Source: an uncultured Alphaproteobacteria bacterium
GTDB taxonomy: Bacteria; Pseudomonadota; Alphaproteobacteria; Rhizobiales; Hyphomicrobiaceae
DNA length: 64,000 nt
Assembly: GCA_963745205.1 (NCBI GenBank)
Contig: CAVUWX010000004.1
Span: forward strand, 125,339 to 189,338
Reading direction: 5' to 3'
Made by a program: the position numbers and the translations under genes. Of this stretch, positions 56,072-64,000 are shown in pieces (the stretch's first letter is position 1; every line of letters starts with the position of its first letter). The notes beneath the pieces were generated by a model. The model worked only from the letters and a program-made list of their open reading frames with translations. It was not told where the DNA came from and did no database searches.

Positions 56072-57436
56072 TCAATCGGGGCGGGGCTCGCCCGAAGTGG
56101 TGACCTGGGGCGTCCATAACTGGGACTGGGTCGGTGTCGCGGCCTTACCCGGCTCCAGAGCGGCGGCGGGCTTCTTCACCGGCTCGGGCGCGCGCAGCGA
56201 CAGGTCGATATCGCGATGCGTGACCACGTCGGTGTCAGGTTTCTGCTTGGCCTTTGCGGTCTTGGCAGGAGTGGAGACGTTCGCTGTCCAAATCGGTGCT
56301 GCCTCCGCAGCCGCGGAGATCGGCGTAGGCGCGGGGGTTACGTCGGCCTGCTTCAGGTGGTCCGTGCCCCACGGCAGAGAAGCCGCCGCCTGAGCGGCCG
56401 GCGCCGGCTTCGGCTCGGCAGCCTCGATCGCGGGTGGCGCCGCCTCGGCGACCGGCACTGGCTCCGGCTTGACGGCCGTTGTCACGGGCACTTCCGGCTT
56501 CGCTGCCGCCTTGGCCTTCGCCGTCCGGGCTTGCGTCACGCGCGCGGTGGCCCACTGGGCGGCAGCTTTGGATTGCGCCGCAGGCGCCTCGGCAACGCCG
56601 ACGCCCTGGTTTGCTGTGATGGGCATCGCCTTCGGCTCGAGCTTTACGACCTGGCGCAGGAAGGACGTGTTCTGGGTGGCGCTTTCCATGGGAATGTCGC
56701 GCGCGGCGATCAGCTTAGCCTCATCGTACTTGCCCTGAAGCCCAAGGACGAGCGCAAGGTTCTGGCGGATCTTGGGCGAGCTGCCATCGGCCGTTTCGGC
56801 GCGCCGCAACAGAGTTTCTGCATGCGCCGGATCGCCGCTCATCGCGGTTGCCAGTGCAAGGTTGCTCAAGATCGAGGGTTGGTCGTGCGCGAGCGTTAGC
56901 GCGCGGTCGTAGAAGGGGATCGCCTCGGCGTATTTGCCCTGCTTGGCAAGCACGGTGCCGCGCGCGGAGATCACGCGCCAGTCGGGATGGACCGGATCGT
57001 CGGCGGCCGCGAGCAGGCTGTCCGCAAGGCCGACCTGATCGAGGTCGAGCGCGAGGCGCCCGTATTCGCCAGCGAGCTCGCGGTCGTCGCCATGGAAGAT
57101 CGAGACCTGTTGCAGCACGGCGAGCGCCCGCTGCTTGTCGCCCATGGCCTTGAGGTTGCGGGCGAAGTTGAGCGCGATTTTAAGCTCGCGGGGGCTCGCG
57201 GCATATTGCTTGCCCCAGTAGTCGGTCGCCTTCTCGAGCTCGCTTTGGGTCTGGGGGCCCTCCTTGGGTTGACCCTGTCTGGCCTCGGCTTTGCCGTCGT
57301 TGAGGGTGAGCGGGTCGGGGCCGCCGGAGAGAAGCTGGGCGCAGCCGCCGACCATCAGGCACGCCGCAAGTCCGAGGAGCCCCCGGATTCCGCTGAGCTG
57401 GTGCCGTACCGTCCGGCGGTTCGTGACGAGCGCCAT
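56072..57436 (-). CDS. tadD: TPR lipoprotein TadD/CpaO-like with Pro/Ala-rich tail
   Basis: VGGC lipobox; TPRs; NLALVLGLQGKYDEA; convergent with tadC. Confidence 0.82.
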   Translation of the reverse strand: MALVTNRRTVRHQLSGIRGLLGLAACLMVGGCAQLLSGGPDPLTLNDGKAEARQGQPKEGPQTQSELEKATDYWGKQYAASPRELKIALNFARNLKAMGDKQRALAVLQQVSIFHGDDRELAGEYGRLALDLDQVGLADSLLAAADDPVHPDWRVISARGTVLAKQGKYAEAIPFYDRALTLAHDQPSILSNLALATAMSGDPAHAETLLRRAETADGSSPKIRQNLALVLGLQGKYDEAKLIAARDIPMESATQNTSFLRQVVKLEPKAMPITANQGVGVAEAPAAQSKAAAQWATARVTQARTAKAKAAAKPEVPVTTAVKPEPVPVAEAAPPAIEAAEPKPAPAAQAAASLPWGTDHLKQADVTPAPTPISAAAEAAPIWTANVSTPAKTAKAKQKPDTDVVTHRDIDLSLRAPEPVKKPAAALEPGKAATPTQSQLWTPQVTTSGEPRPD

Positions 57437-57503
57437 TGTGGTCTCCCTAAACGGACTGAAGACGCGAAATCTGTCTCTTGTCCGTCAGCTTGTGAGACAC
57501 TCG

Positions 57504-57519
57504 TCAACAAACGATTAAC
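57504..57519. promoter_or_regulatory. CtrA-type box upstream of the tadD-like gene
   Basis: TCAA-CAAACGA-TTAAC. Confidence 0.55.
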
Positions 57520-57550
57520 CCGTCTAAACCGCTGTAAGGTTGTGCAATCG

Positions 57551-58213
57551 TCAGCCGGCGGTGGCCATCTCGGTGCGGGCTTCCTCAAGCCACACGGTCA
57601 TCTCCGGCATGGCGAAGATCGTCTCCACGTAAGCCTGAGCCGTACCGTCGTCGCCGTAAGCCCCAAGGTTCGGGATGTAGCTGAGGAAGCGCGAGGCGAC
57701 GGGTGCATACATCGCGTCGGCGGCAGAGAACCGCCCAAAAAGGAACGACCCGCCGCCGCCGAATTTGGTCCGGCACTCCCGCCACAGCGACACGATGCGC
57801 TGCACGTTCGCCCCGACCTCGCCTGGCAATATCGCCTGCGGGAGGCGGGTAAGCACGTCCATGGAGCAGTGCTGGCGCAGGGGGCCGAAGCCCGAATGCA
57901 TCTCGGCCGCCGCCGAGCGGGCGATTGCCCGGACGGTCACGTCGCGCGGCCACAGCTCGACCTCAGGGTGCCGCTCGGCGAGGTATTCGAGGATCGCAAG
58001 GCTGTCCCAGATCGCAAGGTCGCCGTCGATGAGGGTCGGCACCATGCCGGACGGGCTATGCTTTAGGATCTCCGCCTTCGAGTTCGGCAGCCGCAGCCGC
58101 ACGTTGATCTCATCGAACGCGACGCCCATGCGCCGCATGGCGAGCCAGGGCCGCAGGCTCCAACTCGACCAGTTCTTGTTGCCGATGACGAGGCGGTAGC
58201 GATTGGCAGTCAT
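57551..58213 (-). CDS. Glutathione S-transferase-family protein
   Basis: LVIGNKNWSSWSLRPWL, SPSGMVP, WDSLAILEYLAE, AEMHSGF, FSAADAMYAPV. Confidence 0.92.
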   Translation of the reverse strand: MTANRYRLVIGNKNWSSWSLRPWLAMRRMGVAFDEINVRLRLPNSKAEILKHSPSGMVPTLIDGDLAIWDSLAILEYLAERHPEVELWPRDVTVRAIARSAAAEMHSGFGPLRQHCSMDVLTRLPQAILPGEVGANVQRIVSLWRECRTKFGGGGSFLFGRFSAADAMYAPVASRFLSYIPNLGAYGDDGTAQAYVETIFAMPEMTVWLEEARTEMATAG

Positions 58214-58316
58214 GCTCTTGCGTTGCCCTCCGTGATCCTATTCTGTTCCTGGCGCAAGTCGCCGAGACATTCCCCGCGTTTAGGCACCTTCTGTAGCAAG
58301 GACCGGGCGAGACTTC

Positions 58317-59735
58317 ATGGCCAATGCTCTAACCGCCGCCGATGCGTTCGTGGCCGAAGATGCTGCGCCGGCTGAGGTCCCCGTCTGGCTCGTGGAAAAG
58401 GGGGGCTCGCTCGAGGCGATCCTTCACGACGGTGCGCAGCAGAGCTGGGTTGCAGCGGCCGGGTTCAAGGGCGCGGCCAAGCAGCACGTGCTCGTTCCCT
58501 CGGCAGATGGGAGGCTCGCAGGTGTGCTGCTGGGGATCGGCGAGATCGGCGCTCCGGCGGAGCCGAGCGGTCCGCCCGAGCTGCTCCTCGGCCAGCTCGC
58601 GCAGGCGCTGCCGGCGGGCACCTATCGGCTCGAAAGCAAGATGGGCGATCCGGCCCTCGCCGCGATCGCCTGGGGATTGGGGGCTTACCGTTACGGTCGC
58701 TACAAGAGCACCGACGGCGCCGGGCCGGCGCAACTTCGCATCCCCGCCGGTGTTGATCGCGCCGCGGTCCTCAACACGGTCTACGCGGTGTGGCAGGGCC
58801 GCGACCTCATCAACGCGCCGGCATCCGACATGGGGCCGGCGGAGCTCGAGGCGGGCGTGCGTGCACTTGCCGTGCGTCACGGTGCGACCGTAACGGTCAT
58901 AGAGGGCGACGACCTTCTCGCCCAGAATTTTCCCATGATCCACGCCGTCGGACGCGCAAGCCCGCGCGCTCCGCGCCTCATCGACCTCACCTGGGGACGC
59001 GAGGGTGCTGCGACCGTCACTCTGATCGGCAAGGGAATCTGCTTCGACACCGGCGGTCTCGACATCAAGGCAGCGAGTGGCATGCTCTTGATGAAGAAGG
59101 ACATGGGCGGTGCGGCGGCGGCGCTAACCCTCGGCCACATGATCATGGGCCAAGGGCTCGACGTGCGGCTGCGCATCCTGATCCCCGCGGCGGAGAACAG
59201 CGTAGCCGGTAATGCGTTCCGGCCGGGCGACATCCTGCAATCGCGCGCCGGCCGCACGGTCGAGGTCGGCAACACGGATGCGGAAGGCAGGCTTGTCCTC
59301 GCCGACGCCATCGCGCTTGCAGACGAGGAAGGGCCCGACAACATGCTCGTGTTCGCTACGCTCACCGGCGCCGCCCGCGTCGCTCTGGGGCCCGATGTTC
59401 CGGCTTTCTTTAGCGACGACGACGCGTTCGCCGCCGCGCTGACGGAGGTATCGGCGAAAATCGGTGATCCGGTTTGGCGACTGCCGCTCTGGGCCGGATA
59501 TGATTCGAAGCTTGAAAGCAGTATAGCCGACCTGGGCAACGTCTGGGACGCGCCGTTCGCCGGTGCCATCGTCGCCGCCCTGTTCCTCAAGCGCTTCGTA
59601 AAACGCGCACGTCGTTTTGCCCACTTCGACATTTACGGATGGCGCCCGTCGGCGACACCGCTCGGTCCAAAGGGTGGCGAGCCGCAGGCGGCGAGGGCCG
59701 TGTTTGCGCTGTTGAAGGAGGAGTGCGCCCGATGA
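58317..59735 (+). CDS. Leucyl aminopeptidase (M17) family protein
   Basis: GKGICFDTGGLDIK, MKKDMGGAA, NTDAEGRL, ATLTGAARVALG. Confidence 0.95.
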   Translation: MANALTAADAFVAEDAAPAEVPVWLVEKGGSLEAILHDGAQQSWVAAAGFKGAAKQHVLVPSADGRLAGVLLGIGEIGAPAEPSGPPELLLGQLAQALPAGTYRLESKMGDPALAAIAWGLGAYRYGRYKSTDGAGPAQLRIPAGVDRAAVLNTVYAVWQGRDLINAPASDMGPAELEAGVRALAVRHGATVTVIEGDDLLAQNFPMIHAVGRASPRAPRLIDLTWGREGAATVTLIGKGICFDTGGLDIKAASGMLLMKKDMGGAAAALTLGHMIMGQGLDVRLRILIPAAENSVAGNAFRPGDILQSRAGRTVEVGNTDAEGRLVLADAIALADEEGPDNMLVFATLTGAARVALGPDVPAFFSDDDAFAAALTEVSAKIGDPVWRLPLWAGYDSKLESSIADLGNVWDAPFAGAIVAALFLKRFVKRARRFAHFDIYGWRPSATPLGPKGGEPQAARAVFALLKEECAR

Positions 59736-60628
59736 GCGAAGGGGCGGGCGAAGCGAAGACGGGGGCGTCGCCGCTTGATCCGCGGCGCAACGCCTTCCGA
59801 CCGGATCTGGCGGCGAAGAGCCTTTACGGCAAGGTGAGTGCGCCGAACTATGCGCCCGGTTTTCCCGCGCAGGTGGCGCGCTCGGCCGTGCCGCTGCGCA
59901 GCCGGCCCGTGCCGTCGAACGGCTTCGAGACTGAAGCGCTGTTCGGCGAGCTCGTCACCATCTACGACGAGCGCGACGGATGGGGCTGGGTGCAGCTGCA
60001 GCGCGACAAGTACGTCGGCTACGTGCCGCTCGACGCACTCTCGCGCGAGATTCTTGCGCCGACGCACCGCGTACGCGCGCTCGGTACCTTTATTTATGCG
60101 CTGCCCGACATCAAATCGCCGCCGCTCATGCACTTGAGCCTCAACGCTGAGCTCAGCGTTGCCGATCGCGACGAGCGCTTCTGCGCTCTCGAAGGCGGCG
60201 GCTACGTCGTCTCGCGTCACGTGATCGAGGTAGGGCGGCACGCGCAGGATTACGTCGAGATCGCCGAGCGCCTAATTGGGACGCCTTACCTTTGGGGCGG
60301 ACGTACGCGGCTCGGTCTCGACTGCTCGGGGCTCGTGCAGATCGCACTCGAGGCGGCAGGCATCCCAGCCCCGCGTGACACGGACATGCAGCAGGGGGAG
60401 CTCGGACGGGACGTGCCGGTCGCCGACGTCGCCGAGGGTTTGCGGCGCGGCGACCTCGTGTTCTGGAAGGGCCACGTCGGCGTCATGATCGACAGCGTGA
60501 CGCTCGTGCACGCCAATGCCCATCACATGGCGGTTACGGCGGAGACGCTGCCCGAGGCGGTGGAGCGCATCGCCAAGCTCGGCGCCGAGATCGCGGCGAT
60601 CAAGCGGCTACCGGGTTTGAGCGCCTGA
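59732..60628 (+). CDS. SH3 + NlpC/P60 (C40) peptidase
   Basis: LDPRRNAFRPDLA, TEALFGE, PYLWGGRTRLGLDCSGLVQ, FWKGHVG, HANAHHM. Confidence 0.93.
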   Translation: MSEGAGEAKTGASPLDPRRNAFRPDLAAKSLYGKVSAPNYAPGFPAQVARSAVPLRSRPVPSNGFETEALFGELVTIYDERDGWGWVQLQRDKYVGYVPLDALSREILAPTHRVRALGTFIYALPDIKSPPLMHLSLNAELSVADRDERFCALEGGGYVVSRHVIEVGRHAQDYVEIAERLIGTPYLWGGRTRLGLDCSGLVQIALEAAGIPAPRDTDMQQGELGRDVPVADVAEGLRRGDLVFWKGHVGVMIDSVTLVHANAHHMAVTAETLPEAVERIAKLGAEIAAIKRLPGLSA

Positions 60629-60640
60629 ACGGCGCCACGG

Positions 60641-61105
60641 CTAACGCCGATAGGGTAGGAAGCGGCGCTCGCGCAGCTCGGTGCCGTCGTCATCGAGCGA
60701 CGGCATCAGATGCGCCTCGCCGTGCGATTCCCGCCAGATGCCGCCGCCGGCGAGCGTGACCAGCGTCTCGACGGAGCGCTCGAGCCCCGTCAGCCGGCTG
60801 TTCCAGCGCCGTTGCACGACGCTGCCGTCGGCGATGGCTTCGACGAATGGCACGAAGATCTCGAAGGATTCGATCGGCAGGCTTTCGTAGGTCTCTTCCG
60901 CGATGGCGATATCGTAGCGCTGGTCGAAGTGCAGGATCAGCTCGAATGGGCAGGCCTGCGCCAGCAAGGGCGCGACAATGATCTTCCAGTAGTTGCCGGT
61001 CTCGGCTTCCTCGACATGCGCGGTGTCTGCGATCGACGGCGCCCAATAGCGCAGCGCGGTGATCGTCGACTGCAGGCGGGAGCGGAAGACGTCGTCGGGC
61101 AGCAT
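60641..61105 (-). CDS. Conserved hypothetical protein
   Basis: Coherent 154-aa ORF with GC3-biased codons, convergent with NlpC/P60. Confidence 0.7.
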   Translation of the reverse strand: MLPDDVFRSRLQSTITALRYWAPSIADTAHVEEAETGNYWKIIVAPLLAQACPFELILHFDQRYDIAIAEETYESLPIESFEIFVPFVEAIADGSVVQRRWNSRLTGLERSVETLVTLAGGGIWRESHGEAHLMPSLDDDGTELRERRFLPYRR

Positions 61106-61181
61106 TGGGGCCAGATGGGGTAGCGGTCGCCGTCACGATGACGCAACTTCGCGGAGTTTCAAGCGGAATGTGCCGATTTCC

Positions 61182-61817
61182 TCAAGCGGGCTGTTGCTTG
61201 GCGATCTCCTCGTCCTTTGCCAATTGCCGCTGCATGGCGGGGCGCGCCTTGAGGCGCCCGACGTAGCTCGTGAACTCGGGAAGCTCCGGGATCATTTTGA
61301 ACATCATGCCCCAGCGGAGCGCGGAGCCGATGACGATGTCGGCGGCGGTGAAGTGGTCGCCCAGGAGATATTCGCCCTTGCCGACGCCGCCGCGCAGCAC
61401 TTCGATCACGGTGTCGTAGTCGGCCCAGCCGGCGGTCGTGCGCGGTGCCGGCGGACGCCCGAGCGCCTTGTCGATCATCGCGGGCTCGACGCAGCTCGGT
61501 CCGTAGAACAGCCACTTGAGGTATTCGCCACGCCGCTTGTCCCCGATCGGCGGCGCGAGCCTTGCCTTCGGATAGGTGTCGGCGAGATAGCAGCATATGG
61601 CCGCCACTTCGGTGACGACGACGTCGCCATCCGTCAGTGCCGGTACCTTTCCCATCGGGTTGATGGCGAGGAAGGCCGGCTTGCGCTGATCACCGGCTTT
61701 GAGGTTCAGGACCTCGAGCCTATAGGGCTCGCCGAGTTCCTCGAGCATCCAGTGGACGATGGAGGAGCGCGACGGAGAGGCGTGATAGAGCGTGAGCTTT
61801 GGGGAGGCTTCGGCCAT
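61182..61817 (-). CDS. Glutathione S-transferase-family protein
   Basis: SPSRS, WMLEELG, INPMGKVPAL, EVAAICCYLAD, FTAADI. Confidence 0.92.
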   Translation of the reverse strand: MAEASPKLTLYHASPSRSSIVHWMLEELGEPYRLEVLNLKAGDQRKPAFLAINPMGKVPALTDGDVVVTEVAAICCYLADTYPKARLAPPIGDKRRGEYLKWLFYGPSCVEPAMIDKALGRPPAPRTTAGWADYDTVIEVLRGGVGKGEYLLGDHFTAADIVIGSALRWGMMFKMIPELPEFTSYVGRLKARPAMQRQLAKDEEIAKQQPA

Positions 61818-61845
61818 ACGATGACTCCGGTCCTTGGTGCGACGG

Positions 61846-63480
<1,635 letters not shown>

Positions 63481-63492
63481 GGGTGCGCCTTT

Positions 63493-64000
63493 CTAGCGGA
63501 AGGTCTTGCGCGGATCGAACGCATCGCGCACCGCCTCGCCGACGAAGATCAGCAGCGACAGCATGATCGCAACGGCGAAGAACCCGGTGAGCCCAAGCCA
63601 GGGCGCCTCGAGATGCCGCTTGCCCTCGAGCAAGAGTTCGCCCAGCGACGGCGAACCGGGCGGCAGGCCGAGACCGAGGAAGTCGAGCGCAGTGAGCGCG
63701 CCGATGCTGCCCGAAAGTTGGAAGGGAAGAAAGGTCAGCATCGCCACCATGGCGTTCGGCAGCATGTGCTTCCAGATAATCTTGGGGTGCGAGAGGCCGA
63801 GCGCACGCGCCGCGGTGATGTACTCGAAGTTGCGGGCGCGCAGGAACTCGGCGCGAACCACGGCGACGAGGTTCACCCATTCGAAAAGGAGCAACGCGCC
63901 GAGCAGCGTCCAGAAGCCCGGCACCAGCACCGAGGAAATGATGATGAGCACGAACAGCGACGGCACCGACGACCAGATCTCGAGGAAGCGCTGGAAGACG
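63493..64000 (-). CDS. yejE: Peptide ABC transporter permease (C-terminal part; starts beyond the window)
   Basis: VRAEFLRARNFEYITAARALG EAA loop, LDFLGLGLPPGSPSLGELL, FVGEAVRDAFDPRK. Confidence 0.9.
   Translation of the reverse strand, partial: VFQRFLEIWSSVPSLFVLIIISSVLVPGFWTLLGALLLFEWVNLVAVVRAEFLRARNFEYITAARALGLSHPKIIWKHMLPNAMVAMLTFLPFQLSGSIGALTALDFLGLGLPPGSPSLGELLLEGKRHLEAPWLGLTGFFAVAIMLSLLIFVGEAVRDAFDPRKTFR

Noticed and set aside
56072-56600. Low-complexity Pro/Ala/Lys/Glu stretch in tadD as a repeat array
   Set aside because: No discrete DNA repeat unit; ordinary disordered linker.

Overview
GC-rich alphaproteobacterial chromosome segment, with gene content and synteny typical of Hyphomicrobiales (Hyphomicrobiaceae-like). 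The backbone carries tex (partial), prfC, tRNA-Met, pmtA-like, mnmA, a cell-cycle locus (sciP, FliJ-like, ctrA), oxalate decarboxylase, rfbD, tRNA-Ser, an ABC-F ATPase, rimO, an IorAB-like Mo-oxidoreductase, a metallophosphoesterase/cupredoxin/ECF-sigma/anti-sigma operon, a caspase-like protein, a cytochrome P460-family protein, three GSTs, a CDF transporter, a Tad/Cpa pilus cluster with two Flp pilins and CtrA-type boxes, an M17 aminopeptidase, NlpC/P60 and yejEF. Two non-coding elements stand out. (1) A PemK/MazF-fold toxin gene in a small islet after ctrA is followed by its own sigma70-type promoter and a ~120-nt four-hairpin RNA ending in a terminator, a candidate RNA-antitoxin system. (2) A ~150-nt three-stem-loop element at 40.9-41.0 kb looks like an IS110-family non-coding end (bridge-RNA-like) with only a 16-codon stub where the recombinase should be, next to a REP-like palindrome. 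Also found: a 38-aa basic sORF after rimO, a decayed gcrA paralogue, a membrane-anchored winged-helix protein after tRNA-Ser, and several frameshifts (pemK, cpaC, tadE) that may be assembly errors. All calls are by eye and from remembered family motifs; no searches were run.
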